Below are positions 12,420-26,217 of a DNA stretch of 64,000 nucleotides, piece by piece. The DNA comes from Lama guanicoe (taxonomy: Eukaryota), in NCBI GenBank assembly GCA_013239625.1, contig MU054187.1, positions 13,672,974 to 13,736,973 of the forward strand, in the 5' to 3' direction. The translations under genes and the position numbers were made by a program. The notes under the pieces are model-generated. The model worked only from the letters and a program-made list of their open reading frames with translations, was not told the origin of the DNA and searched no databases. Numbering within the stretch: position 1 is the stretch's first letter; every line of letters begins with the position of its first letter.

Positions 12420-14500
12420 TGATAATAACTCTTCCTTGTAATGTTTTGGCACTATGGCAGACCAAACTAACAAAGAAAACCTCATTGTTATAAATTCATA
12501 GAAATAAGGGATGAAATATAAACAAATCTGAAAAAAACACATGACCAAGCTAGAAGGAAAGAGAAGGAAAAGTCCCAGTGCTGAAGCAAAAGGGGAAATT
12601 AAGAGATGAGCTGTGAATCGACAAGCTGGAGTTGTGGCATCCTAGAGAGATAGAGAATCAGAGGTAGATTGGAGGATCTGGAGCTGGGGTTTTAATCCCC
12701 ATGCCAGGGTAGAAGATGTGACTTTAGGGCCCCAGGGTATGTAGCAAGAACTGAGACACCTGCAGAAAACTGAGCTCTGGGAAGGCTGCCTCCTCCAAAA
12801 AGGTGAACTGGAAAAACTCTCTCTGCCAGTACTTCTGCCCAGGGAAGCGATAAGAAACTGGGTGAAGAAGGAACTAAAAAGTCTGAGCCATGTACCTGTG
12901 AATCTTACCAAATGTACAATAAGGGAACCATTGCAACAACAGAAAATTAACGTCCGAAACTAGTCCTGATGTGGGGTAACCCCTGGGGCACCGGGCAGAA
13001 GCAAATACACAGTCATTATTCAGCAGACTTCGGCCCAAAATACACACGGCTCTCACAGAAGGATGATCCCTGTGGAAAACAAACTCACCTTCCAAAATTA
13101 CACGGTGCACTGGGAAGTGATCTGCCTCCTGCAGAGTCAACACAAAGAAGAAAGAGCCACGTTAGACTTTTAGAATATTCGTATACACAAAATCACAAAA
13201 GTGGTCATATCTAGAATGATGGCGATAGGTTTTTAAGGCACTGCTTTTTCGTAATGGAAGTACTGTGGATTGAACCCAGGACCTTGTGCGTGCTAGGCAT
13301 ACACTCTACCACTGAGCTATATCCACCCACCTCGATGTATTTTTTAAATGGAAACATTATTGCAAAAAAGGAATATTATAAGAAATAAAACATATTTTCT
13401 TTAAAAAGAATATATAGAATTTAAAATTTTAATTATTTGATGTTAAAAACTTAGCAAATTGGATTGTAGATGAGACAGTAGAAGAGAGAATTAGTGAACC
13501 AGATTTTCTATCCAAGAAAACTTATTTTGGTGCAACACAACGAGAAAAATAGATTAAACAACTGTTAAAAGACAAGGATGAAAGAGCCAAGAAGGAGAGT
13601 GTATAAAGAATGGCAATATTGAAAGATAATGACTGATACAATTTCAGAATTTATGTAAGACAGAAATCCTCAGGTTAAAGTAAAAACATCTAGTCTAATT
13701 AGCATGAAATAAAAAAATTAATTCACACCTAGAAAAATCTTAGTAAACTTGTGAAACATCAGAAACAACCAAAGTATGAAACTTCAAAATATCTAATTTA
13801 GTTAGGATGAAGAAAAATAAATTCACACTTAGAAAAATCATAGTAAAAGTGTGAAACATCAAAAACAGTAAAAAACACCCAGAGGTGAAAGCTAGATTAT
13901 CAACCAAGGAACATTTATACTGGTAGCTCTCTTCTCAATGACAACAATATAGGCTAAAGACAAAAGCATATTTTCAAACTTCCAAGAGAGAACAGCTGTC
14001 ATCCTTAACTGTTAAAAATAAACTATCATTTAAGAATTAGATTTCAAAAAATACATTTTTAGGTAAATAAAAAAAAATACTAATGGATGTTGTTTAGGGA
14101 TAAGTAAACAGATCCTAGAAGGAGTAGGGTACGTATGAAACAGAGAATTTAAAAGCATTAGGAAACATCTGGAGAAGTCTAAATAAACATTAACTGTAAA
14201 AACAAGAGCAAAGACTAATTTGGAGTGAGAGCGTTTAAAAAGACGGTGAAATTAAAATATTTCACAGCCATGACATGGAAGATAGGAAACACGATAATTC
14301 AAGTCCATGTGTTTGTTCTAAGATGCTTCTATTGTTCAAGATGAAGTCAGACCTTTTGATGATTACTATTAGCTTTTTAGAGTCAAATATGAATGTTAAA
14401 AATTTAAGGATAATTACTAAGTAAATAAGAAAAGAATCTGTAACAGTAGACCAGTCGAGGGGTTAAAAAGGTGAGGAATAAAGAAAACTTGATGGATCCA
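12420..14500 (+). mobile_element. Ancient L1/HAL1-like ORF1-region remnant (interrupted by the SINE at 13.3 kb)
   Basis: Long, strongly A-rich + strand with ORF1-like remnants (GAAGAGAGAATTAGTGAAC, ATTCACACCTAGA..ATAGTAAA). No open frame. Confidence 0.5.
13244..13331 (-). mobile_element. tRNA-derived SINE (camelid Vic-1-like)
   Basis: Reverse complement ...ATAGCTCAGTGGTAGAGTGTATGCCTAGCACGCACAAGGTCCTGGGTTCAATCCACAGTACTTCCA has Pol III A and B boxes and an A-rich tail. Confidence 0.8.
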
Positions 14501-14834
14501 GCAGAAAGGCTGGATTTCCACTCCTAGCTGCGTAACCTAGAGAGACTGTGGCACAGGCGTGGAAGAAAATAGCGACAACAGTATTCACTGCATCATTCAT
14601 CTCTGTCTATAGCAGAATAAATAAATTGTGGTAAAGTTATACAATGGAACATTACAGGCAATTGAAATAAATTAACTACATCAACATGGATAATGCTGGA
14701 AAGAAATGTTGAACATAAAAAATAAGTAGCAGAATGATAGGTAAAAATGATGCCATTTACTTAAACTTATGTACACAAAAAAGAGATCTCAGGAGTTTAT
14801 GAATGCATTTGATGTCTTCTCTGTAACTCACAGG

Positions 14835-15330
14835 GACTCGAACAGATATTTATATACCAATGTTCACAGCAGCATTATTCACAATAGCCAAAAAATAGAA
14901 ACAACCCAAATGTCCATTATCAGATGAATGGATAAACAAAACGTGACAGATACATACAATGGAATATTATTCATCCATTAAGAGAAATGAAATTATGATA
15001 CATGTTACAGCATGGATGGACCTTGAAAACAAGTGAAATCAGCCAGACACAGAAGGTCAACCATTATATGATTTCACTAACATGAGATACCTCTAATGGT
15101 CAAATTCATAGAGACAGAAAGTAGAAGTAGTTGCCAGGGTCCAGGGGTAGAGAATAATTAGTAGTTATTGTCTGAACAGAGTTTCAGCTTGGGATGGTGA
15201 AAAAGTTCTGGAGATGGATAATGGTGATGGTTGCACAGCAACTGAATGTATCTAGCCACTCAACTGTACACTTAAAAATGGCTAAACCTGTAAAAATTTA
15301 TGTTATGTATATCTTATCACAATAAAAATT
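14835..15330 (+). mobile_element. L1 ORF2 end plus 3' UTR (L1MB-like)
   Basis: ATGTTCACAGCAGCATTATTCACAATAGCCAAAA..GAAACAACCCAAATGTCCAT..GAATGGATAAACAAA; ends at CACAATAAAAA. Confidence 0.85.
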
Positions 15331-15344
15331 ATAGTAATATGAAA

Positions 15345-15898
15345 ATCAAAAACACGAATTCAAAAAGATACATATACCCAATGTTCATAGCAGCATTATT
15401 TACAATTGCCAAGATATGGAAGCAACCTAAGTGTCCATGAACAGCTGACTGGATAAAGAAGAGCTGGTGTATATATACAATGAAATATTACTCCATCATA
15501 AAAAAGAATGAAATTTTTCCATTTGCAGTAATATGGATGTACTTGAAGGGCATTATGCTAAGTGAAATAAGTCAAAGACAAATATTGTATGACATCACTT
15601 ACATGTGAAATCTAAAAAATACAACAAACTAGTGAACATAACAAAAAACAACATAGAGAACAAAATAGTGGTTACCAGTCGGGGGAAGGCAATATAGGGA
15701 TGAGGATTAAGAGGTGCAAACTATTATGTATCAAATAAGCTCCAAAGATACATTGTACAACACGGAATATAGCCAATAATTTATAATAACTATGGATTCA
15801 GAATAACCTTTAAAAATTGTGAATCAGTATACTGTACAGCTGTAACATATAATATTGTATATCAACTTCAATAAAAATGAAATGAAAGCTGAAAAAAA
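15345..15898 (+). mobile_element. Second L1 ORF2 end plus 3' UTR (younger subfamily)
   Basis: AATGTTCATAGCAGCATTATTTACAATTGCCAAGATATGGAAGCAACCTAAGTGTCCAT; ends at ACTTCAATAAAAA with an A-rich tail. Confidence 0.85.
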
Positions 15899-17739
15899 TT
15901 ATAACAATATGGAAAAAATAAAGTAAGCTACTTAGAATATTTTTTAAGGGATGAATGAAAAGAAAATATTTTGAGTTCTTGAAAGTCTAAAAATCTCTTT
16001 AATTTCCCTCAGATTTTATTGACAGTTTAGCCAAGTATAGAATTCTAGGTTGAAAACAGTTCTTATTCAGAAATCTGAACACATTGCCAGTGAGAAGTCC
16101 GATGACAGCCTGATCCTTGAAAGCTCTTAGGAATTTAGCGTGCGTCCTTAAAGTAAGACCAAAGAATTGAAGACCAAAGAAATTCCAGATGACTTTCTCC
16201 CTTATATTTTCAACTACAGACGAACTTCAAATTTAACTTATAGACAGCTGATCTGTTAAGAAATCTGAAGATTGCTTATGCTATTTAAAAATAACTCATT
16301 CTTACAGCCTTTAGAGCTATGTAACTAATTGGCTATGCCTATCAAATTATCAAGACAGGGTCTTTAATACATATTTGAATAAGGAGTTTGAATCTTATGT
16401 GGGTGCTTGTCTCTTTTTATGCTATGTTATAACTCAGAAATAGTGAAGTCCTACCCCCTAATCAAGCACTATTGAACCTAATAAAAAAAAATTGCATGAG
16501 ACTAATCATTATCTGTAAAGACAAAAGCATCAACAGGCTGATTTAATCAAGGGAGGCTGCTCAATATCTTTGGATATAAGAATTTTAATTAAAAGTGGTA
16601 TGTGTTTCAATTTTTCATTTCCTTACCTTAAATGGGAAGATTGCCAAGCCTGAAGGCATAAATACAAGCCAGAAATCATTAAAATATATAATAAAAGCTA
16701 GACTTTTAAGTAAACTTTTTTCATGTCCTTATACTCTGAGTTCATTTTTGGTAAAAAGAAAGCTAGTAGTGTTACCTTAGTTGAGTTATCCTCTAAATAG
16801 TATATGTACCAAATCGACATTACAATCCAGAAGTTATTCGTAAGCTTATTTCCTTCTACAATTCTGCTTCTGTGTTACTTATTGTTACCAAAGAAACATA
16901 ATCTCCTTTTCTGCAACCAGAAAGTCAATCATGAATGCCCCCAAATGATATTAAGAAACATAAACAATATTACTGATTATTACTTGTTTCTTAATTCTGT
17001 TTACAATTTGTAGGTAATTTCACATGGCTGATTTCTGAATTTGTATTGAATTATCTATTCCCCTTAAAGCCATACAAGATTTGGGGCCTAACTGCCCTGC
17101 ATCCAACATCCCAGCAGCATAGGCAGCTTGGGTGCTGCTGTCAACTGTTCCCACACCTGAACGCAGAAACACAAGGCAGCGTTTCCGCACGGGGGCTTCC
17201 ACACTGTCATTCCCTTGCTGGTCCTTAGCGCTCAGAGCAAAATGTGTGCTTTTGTTTTGCAACATTCTATTCAATTTTCTGCCTACTGGATTTAGCTTAA
17301 CTGGATGTTATGTTACTACTTTTTTTCCAGTAGTCGAGGCTGTCTTATATTTTTAGTAAACAGTTAAAGTACATTATTTTGTTTCATGAAATTTCAGCCT
17401 CCTTTTGAAATCTGGCAGCACTGAGATCAGAAAAAAAAAGAAAAGGACAAATTACAGGTCAGTGAGCCCGTCTTACGGGGGTCACTGCCTTCTATACTGT
17501 TATTTTCTCTGTAGTTGCACCCCCCCTCAACATGGGAGTCAGCTCCACCATGAATTCATGTTAAACTCCCATTTCACCATAAACTTAGACAGACCTGCGT
17601 CTTAATTTTTGTGTGTGGAGAATTACAAACCTATGGTTTATCTCACCAAATCTAACACTAATAACACTGCAATCTATGAAACAGAACTTATATGTCATTC
17701 TTAATATCTTACATTCATGTAGTACATCACATCTTATGA

Positions 17740-17930
17740 ATTATACACTATATATTTAATCTCATTTAATCCTCGGAGAAATTCCATGGGAAGGGAATTA
17801 TTAGTCCTATTTTACAGAAGAGAAAACAAAGGTTCAGAGAGGTGAAGAGAGTTCCCTAGGTTCACACAGCTATTCATTATCAAAGTCAGGACATTAGCCC
17901 AGCCTTCTGAAACCAAGTTCATGCTTTTAC
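17740..17930 (-). mobile_element. MIR SINE (other MIR fragments near 2.9, 4.8, 18.4, 23.7, 32.4, 42.9, 43.4, 46.9 and 51.9 kb)
   Basis: MIR core ATCTCATTTAATCCTC...CCTATTTTACAGAAGAGAAAACAAAGGTTCAGAGAGGTGAAG..GTTCACACAGCTA. Confidence 0.75.
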
Positions 17931-18699
17931 AAATATCTTGCACCTACTCTTCTTCCCCTCTGGTTATTTCCCACATATTACAATGGGGACAAATTAAAAA
18001 GAGAGCAACAGTTCACAGTTTGATATTTTTCAGTGTATCTTATTTCAGGTTAGTGAGAAAAACAGCCCCTGGCCTGCCAATCCCGGTTTTTCTCAGCCTT
18101 GCCCCAGCCTACATGGTCAGTCCTGTTACTCTCCAATTTCTCGTGTATACTTTTGCTCTAGTGAGGCTGAACAACTTCTTTTCTAAGAAATGTTAAAAAT
18201 TTAAATTGTTACAAAAAGTTTTGTTATCCATGAATTTTGACCAAGTCCTGGTCAAAATTCTGTGAGTAAGCTACTTTAGAGGGCACACAGGGGAAGGAAG
18301 AGTGGCCATTTCTTGAGTGCCTTTTGTGGTTGATATCTTTGCATAGATTAGTTTAATTAGCCTCTAAAATAAGCTTGCAACATAGGTACATCCTTTTCCT
18401 CTCTGCAAGCAAGGAACCTGAAGCTTAGAGAAGCTGAGTAACTTGCCCACTCTCACGGCAATGTCTTGAGTTTGTTTTGAACTTCATAGATGATTGTAAT
18501 TTCAGAGCTCGTGGTTTTTCATTTTTTCTTTACCAAATGTCCCTCAAGTTGCTGATGATCTAATTAGAGAAACAGATGACCTTGCAATGCTCTATAAAAA
18601 GCAATGATGAGACCGCATTTAGCACATATATTAGACATCCAGTATAATATGTGGGAGAAAGGAGTATGTTGATTCTAAAGGCTCAATGCTACTATTTTC

Positions 18700-19580
18700 T
18701 AAGAGAAATAAATAGCAGATAAGGTGTTATCGTTTCAGAGAGAACAAAATCTCTTCCGCCTAAAGTAGTCAAGGAGGGCTTCAGGAAGTAAGTGAGGTTA
18801 TGATTATTATTATTTAGGTGGGACTTCTCAGAATTCTGATTGACGGAGAAGGAAGGAGGGAGTATTTCAAGATAAGAACATGGTGCGGTTGAAAAGTGTG
18901 GAGTTGGGAAAGGCTGAGTCTCTTTGAGGGATAGTGTCTAAAGGAATATGTGTGGGGAATGAGGCTGCAAACGTGGGCTGGAGTCCAATCATGGAGAGGT
19001 TTGAGCCTCAGGCTGAGGGGTTGAGGATTTATTCTATAGGTAGAAGGGAATCATTTTTAAATCCAGGTGTGATGGGATGATAGGAGTGTTTTGGGAACGT
19101 GGTCATGGGGAGAGAATTCATGCTAGAGGGAATTGTGGGAATGAGGTAAGGTATGAAGCAGTGTGTGTGTGTGTGTGTGTGTGTGTGAGTGTGAATGTCT
19201 ATGTGTGCATGCACCTGCAAGACTGAGTTAGGAGACATGAAGAAAAATCAAGGAGACTTGGTAAGTAGCTGGGTGTGTGAAGGAGCAAGCGATGGGTTAA
19301 GATGCCTGCCAGTGCTTTGATGCAGGACCGTGAAAAGAAGAGCAGTAACTTAGAAGGCCTGGTGATCAAGGGGCGGAAGTATTTCAGGTGAATTGATTTG
19401 AGGTGATGGCAGAATATCCAAGTGGAAGGCCCCAAAAGACAGTTGGAAGGGTCCCATTAATTGCAATTATCAAGGGTTAGAAAATCTGGTTTGGGAGCCA
19501 ACTGCGTATAGATGAAAGTTCTAGAGGCAGTGATGGGCACCAAGAGAGAAAAAGGCAGGAACATCAGAGCGGATGATGTG
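18700..19580 (-). mobile_element. LINE-2 remnant containing a (GT)n tract
   Basis: Purine-rich antisense L2-type sequence (GGAGGGCTTCAGGAAG, ATCCAAGTGGAAGG..AGACAGTTGGA). Confidence 0.5.
19161..19187. repeat. (GT)13 microsatellite
   Basis: Read directly. Confidence 0.97.
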
Positions 19581-19985
19581 GTCAGCACTGATTCTGGCTT
19601 TCCTGATTTTATCATTTCCATGCAGCTTTCCAAGGGACAACCCAACTTGTGGGAGAAATCATTACATATTTTTTCAGCTACTAAAACTGTCACTCTAGCT
19701 GTGATAGATATAAAATTGTCCATAAAGTGTAATAGGAAGGAAATTGGGAAGGAATATCAAATAAAAACACCAAAAACTTAGCTAAATCTATAAATTTCTA
19801 AGGAAAAAAATGCAGTACTTTGTATAGAAATCATTTACTCTGACTTTGGCAAGTAAATTTTCATTTAGACATAGACTTAACAGAATTTTAATTCTCTAAA
19901 TCATAAATAATTATGGATAAAGGTATAAGTAGTCCAAGTATTTAATAATGTTAATATTTATTATATGATATAACTATATATTTTC

Positions 19986-20090
19986 TTTTTTATTGTTTTT
20001 AAAAAATGTTTTAATGGAGGTACTGGGGATTGAACCCAGGACCTCGTGCATGCTAAGCATGTACTCTGCCACTGAGCTATACCCTCCCCC
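19986..20090 (-). mobile_element. tRNA-derived SINE (camelid Vic-1-like)
   Basis: Reverse complement GGGGGAGGGTATAGCTCAGTGGCAGAGTACATGCTTAGCATGCACGAGGTCCTGGGTTCAATCCCCAGTACCTCCA plus an A-rich tail. Imperfect TSD TATAACTATATATTTTC / TAGAACTGTATAGTTTC. Confidence 0.85.
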
Positions 20091-22158
20091 TAGAACTGTA
20101 TAGTTTCAAAATACAATGTGGCCCCAAGACATATTACATAATGTGCCTTATTATTTAAAGGATCAAATAAAGTATCACAATTCTTAGGTGCTCATTACAT
20201 TAGCAAGCATTATCAGGATAAAATGTTCTAAAATACATTTTTTTTCTTAAGAGAGTAAGAAAATTAGCTCTTTATCATGAACAACTTACATTCAAGTCTA
20301 AATATCATTTTGCTTTGCTTTGTTTTGTTTTAAAGAGGTGCTTACTATAAGCACTTTGAGAACAGTATTTTATAATAACTTTCGTATCTTATAAAATGGA
20401 TGTTTTAAGAACAGAAGTTTTGGTTATCTTTAATCTCACTCCTCTGTTGTATTTAGTTCGTGACACTGAACACAATCTCAGTGTTACTTCTATTCATACT
20501 GAGGGATCATTCTTCAGACATAGGGTTTCTAAATCTTTGTTTCCTCACCAGTCACTCTGGTAGTACAAATGTAATGTTCCTTTGCCCTATTTTCTTCTTT
20601 AATCATTTATGTTAGTCTTTTCCAAATTCCATGTAATCTGGCCACATTCTTTTGGTAATAAAGTACATAAAATCGATTGTAATTTTCCGGGTCAAGTCAT
20701 AACAGAGTCATTTAAATGTCAACAGTCCTATTTTTCAAATGGGGATGTCTGAGTACTTTACAGCTCTGCACACTGAACAGGAATATTGTCTATGGGCACT
20801 CAAATGTCATGCTTCAGGGAGTACACTGGAGAGTTTGTAAAGAGATAAGCAAGTGCTCCTTCCCTCCTCAGCATTCACTATTTAACTAACTCAATTTATC
20901 CACTCTGCTTTTTTGTTAACTTTTTTTTTTTGCATTAGTTTTCAGTTCTACAACTATTGGTAATTGCCATAGGCGATACAGAAAATTACATAAGCCAATA
21001 ACCTGGCACTGTATTGAAATTCTCTTCCTGGTAACTATCTTGAGCTTGTAGTTCTTAATAGGTAAATGTCATTTTATGTATATAGAGAAACACATTCTCC
21101 TCCAAACAACAATTTCATGATTTCCTATACGGTGCCCTTCAAATTTTCAAATGAACTTTGTGTAAGATGCTAAAATTAAAGATTTCTCCTTGGACTATAA
21201 TTATCAGAAATGTTTTAAATTAGTGCAACTTATAGTAGAAGATATGATGAGGCTTACGCTAGATTTCTTTTGTGTCAATTATTATCAAATATAGTTGTCA
21301 CAACTATTCAGGAATTTCAAAGCAGTACAAGAGAATGACACACTCCTTTTTGTGTGTGCCGTCACACAAGTAACTAGTCAGAACTGATAAACAGGTATTC
21401 CCACCTGGTACCAGAGATGCGCACCCCCAGCTAATATCAGGGGCTAGTTTGGGAGATAAATATACAAAGTAAAAGAGGGAACAACAGAAATTGTCTAATT
21501 TCTGCATGTGAGATTTCACCCCTCCACCGACTCCAATTAGCGTGAACCACAGAAGGGATGTGGTTTTAATTTTTGTTTCTGTTTTCCAGAGAGGTTAGGT
21601 TTTCTATTGAACTCACTTTCTTGTGTGGCGGAAAGGAATATGATAGGACAAATCATGGCTGACTTGGCGCTCATGAAGATTTTTAGTGACACTAACATCT
21701 CTGTCAATGCAGCTCTGTGTGAACTGATGCATTGCTGGGGCAGTACGGTGACCTCCTGATAGCAGGAGCAGAAAGTCCCATCAGATTGCTTTCATGCTAA
21801 TTAGACTCATTTAACAGGCTGAGTTTCCACGTCTGATTCTCGTTTCCCATATCTGATTATTCTATGAGCAATGCAATCAACTAAATCAAACAGGAAATAT
21901 GACAGATTCTGACATCTAGTTGGGCCTGGTTGAGCTATGCATAGAGTAAAAGTGGGGGGTGGGGGTAAGTAAAAAATAGTCTTTTCAAAATTTTCATCTC
22001 TGGAATTTTAATTCCAGTTAAAATCACTTGCTCTTGTGTTCTAAAATACATACCAGTGGTTGTTAAAAGAAGTCTTCATTTTTTTTAATTGAAAAGGAGG
22101 AGATGAATAAACAGAACCAAACATCTAAGATGCACAATGACAATATTTGACTTCAAAT

Positions 22159-22182
<24 letters not shown>
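22159..22182. repeat. (TA)12 microsatellite
   Basis: Read directly. Confidence 0.97.
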
Positions 22183-22189
<7 letters not shown>

Positions 22190-25100
22190 TAACATATTAT
22201 GTGAAGTAAAATATTGAATGCTAAAATTAGCACATATGTTTAATTCCATAAATGGGCAATTTGTTAGTAGTAAATAAGCAAAGGTTTGCATTAGTGAAAA
22301 ATATCATTCTTTTATTTCTTTAGCATATTTTAAGTAAAATGTGCTTATTTTTATATCTGTCTGCCTTCTGATCTGTGTTTATCAGTTTTAACTAGTTACT
22401 CACATCCAGTCATCTTTAATACTAAAAACTTTTCAGTATTTACTATATTAAGTTCTTGATATAATGTTACTGAATATACAATGCTAGGGTGCTTTAAAAA
22501 AAAAGCTTTGATTTTGTATTTATTACCACAATATATTTTGTTGAGAACAAAATACTGAAGCAACTTTAATTAGCACTGAGAAATGATAACTGTCAGGCTA
22601 TGGATTCTATATTAACGATCAATATTCCTACTCAGTACTGCAAAGAAGGTTTTGAAAGTTGCAAGGACAAGGAAGACCAAGAAACATGGCAGCATTACTA
22701 TTTTGTCATTCTGAGACTAAGCGGCCCTTTTGGAAATACGCCTCTGCTGAATGTAATGTCAGTTCAGGCTTCTTTCTCAGAAGCAAACAAAGGCACTCTT
22801 AGAGTATCTGCCACAATTTAAACCCAATTGCTTTGTTGAGTCCTAGGTCCACTAGGCAATTTGTCAGAAAAGATCATGGGTAACTAATTTGCTTTTGCTT
22901 GCCGTGGCTGTGATCATGGCTTCTGACAGACAAAGCCCTTGCATAGCCAGGAGGGACATATTATATCATTAGATCCGCTTTTTGCTTATAGTCATGGAAA
23001 GTCTGGGGTTGAGAATAATGTCCCTGTATTTGCAAAGAGGGTTCTTTTGCTCGTGACTGGTTGCTATTTCCTCCACTGTTGGAGATTATCCATTTCCTCC
23101 TTCTCCAAAGCCCAGATTATTCTAAGAGCCCTAGAAGCTTTCTGATCCACTGTGCAGGTGGTACGTTCATAATCAGGATCTGTTCTGGCCTTCTGTGTGG
23201 ATTGTGATCCACAAAGATATCTCCCTGTGGAAGCCTGAAAGCCTTCATCCTCTTCCGTGGCAACATGTCTCACCCCAAATGTGCCCAAGCTTGACAGATC
23301 AAATCTCAGACAAATGACTTGTAAAAAATTAGTGAGTGGGGTGGGTGGATCAGCATCAGTCTACCTGTTGGAAGAACAAAAGTTGCCCGTCCTACCTCCG
23401 TCCCCCTTAAAGACCAACAACAAATTCTTTCCTTTTCCTTCCTTTTCTCTTCTCTCTTTTTCTTTTCATAGATTGTATTTCGCCACTCCTACATTCATCT
23501 TAGCCAGATTTCTATCCTAAAAATTAAAAATAATATTTTATACATTATTTCCCCACATGAACTGGACACAACCTGCGAAACAGGAAGAAAGATGTTATCA
23601 GTGTGGGATGAGGTAGAGGGAAACAGCTTAAAATTTTAAAGTCACATGTCTTAGGTCAAATTCTAATTCTGACAGTGTGATTTCGGGCAAATAATTTAAA
23701 TCTTCTCTTGTTCAGTCACTTCTTTTATTAACTGGAATAATAATGATAGTATATACCTCAAAGAGCCATTATAAGGACTAAATTAGCCACTATCAGTAAA
23801 GAATTTAGCCCAGTGCCTAATGTTGTAATGTCTTGCTGAAATTTACCTGTTATTACACAGCACAAATATGTAGCAGGGATGGAACTCAGATCTGACTAGG
23901 AGTCCAATCATTGCTCTACCATGTCCTGGAAAAATGTAGTTAAATATTTTTTATGCAGCGTATTTTTTGAATTTCCAGTTAACGGGCCCAAGAAATTCTT
24001 TACCCTCAACCTCATGGATTCCTAAGAAAAAATTAGGTTGCTTAGAAACCTAGGGAAGTAGTTCTAAAGATGGATTCAAACACAGTACTTACAGTTCTGC
24101 TACTACATAGCAAAAAAAAAAAATATGTTATGTTTAAGCATTTGACATTTTCCAAGAAGTTCATGCTCAGTACAAGAATTGTTTTTTTAAAAAAAATACA
24201 AATACAGTCAGTCTGGAGTTTATCTCTTACTTTAAATCTTCAAAGGGCAGCCAAATCTGTCTCAACAAAACTCAAAAGAATCAGTGAGATAGTACTTATC
24301 TCCTCAATGAAGAACACACAAACAGCTCATTTATTTTTCAAGCCTTCACTGCAATGTACAAGTATAGGATTTCAGTGGCTGCTAGGATTCTGTGAGTTGC
24401 TCTAAATTGCCCAGCTTTCCTACACTTTCAATTAAAAGGGAAAAAGAAGGCACTTTAAGTCTAAAAATGTGGTAAATCCTAATCACTCTTCAGTGGCTGC
24501 TTTCTTATATGACGATGAGCATCGTAACAGTATTTTCTCCATTTAAAAAAAAGTGTAGCCCTGATCTATGGATATATTTGGTTAATAATGAAAAGCCTAG
24601 TGTTCTCATGGTGCTGATGTTTGCAGAAGATTAATATTCACCCATCTTTGGATATAACCATGTTATACCAAATGAAACAAAACCTGCCTCTCAACTCTTA
24701 AAGATAACTCCTGTAGCTTATTAACATACATCCTTCCAGAATACATAACACACACACTAAATTTATGTTTTTGTATTTTTCCTTTAATGTAGTTCACATC
24801 ACTTTTAAAGACTCTTCCTCTAAATTCGCTTTTATTTCTGTTTGATTTCACTCAATATGCTATATACACTTCTTTCCATTTGACTTTTTAAATGAATTTA
24901 AATCAAATTCTAATTATTTAGTCTCCAAAAATTTGCAAATTCTTCCCCTTCTCCTTTTAGCATTTTAAAAAATGTTCATTCTCCAGCCTTTTCTCCTTTA
25001 TTCTCATCTATACAGGCTCTTCCCGTAAGTCAACTCGCCAATGAAAATTCCAGTTTGGTAAGTTAAAGTGTAGTCAGTAACTATGTTATTCAGATTATAC

Positions 25101-26074
25101 TAAATATTTTTCAGATACTTTATTGAACAAAAATTACCAAAAATCTATTTTTCTCGGTATTGTGTGTATATACATCAAAATTCCAATATACAGCATCGTG
25201 ATGTATGAGGAAATAACATTGTTCATCTAAATTAATCTTATGATACACATAAGATTACTTCAGGTTAACCTTATATTAAAGTGATTTATTTTACCAAGTG
25301 TTATGAGGAAAGCATTTTGACATAGTAAACAGATATTTCTCCTCTTTTTTATTAACATGATTTCATCTCATGATAAATCTGAGAAATTGAAATACAAGCA
25401 AAAGGAACATTTCATAAACATTAATAAAGGTCAAAAAAGATGGCTTAAGAAGCAATGTGAAAATATGTCTAACTTTTCAGCTAGATCGTTTTGATCTTTT
25501 GTTTGGAGAATAATTTAAAAAATACATAATTATACAAAAAATACAAAACACTAAGGCAGTAAAACCACATGGTGATAATCAACACAAGAGCCTTAGCAGC
25601 CATCCAGAATTCAAGCTGTGCATATGGAGAACTCAGCTTTTCAAAAAAAATGTGTATATTAAGGTTATTCTCTGTAATCCATTTGAGCTATGAGTAATTT
25701 AGTAAGTAGAATTAGATTTTATTTCCAAAGGTTGTTTTCCGTATCACTGCATGCTTACAGACAAGACTTAGGCATGATGGGTCCTAGCACCCTACTTCCT
25801 GTTAGTGGAGATAGCAGCAGTGTTTTACACGATAAATAATTTGCTCTCTTGACCTATGACCACTTAGTAAGAAAATGGATTTAAATTTCTAAACTCTTAC
25901 GGAAATTTAAAATAAAAAATACTTTTAACAAATACTTGTCAAATAATTAAATTCTTATTGAAGGTGATGAGTGATGTTGATGTGGGCTAGGAAAGTAAGG
26001 GGATTTTTCACCACCCATAAAATGTGTGAAAGATAATACTACTTTACGTTTAGGCACACCTCAAAATGAATCTT

Positions 26075-26217
26075 TTTTTCTTTTTTCTTTTGTTTCATGA
26101 GGGGGAGGTAGGTAGGTTTATTTATTTATTTATATTTGGAGGAGGTACTGGGGATGGAACCCTGGCCCTCCTGCCTGCTAAGTATGCGCTCTACCACTTG
26201 AGCTATACCCTGCCCCC
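26075..26217 (-). mobile_element. tRNA-derived SINE, longer-tailed variant
   Basis: Same tRNA-like head, then a (TAAA)n-CCTACCTACCTCCCCC segment and an A-rich tail. TSD AAAA(T/C)GAATCTT at 26063-26074 and 26220-26231. Confidence 0.85.

Noticed and set aside
20015..20090. Possible tRNA gene
   Set aside because: A-rich tail, TSD and multiple diverged copies indicate a SINE.
24598..24620. REST/RE1-like site (minus strand TCAGCACCATG)
   Set aside because: Only the left half-site matches; the GGACAG half is missing.
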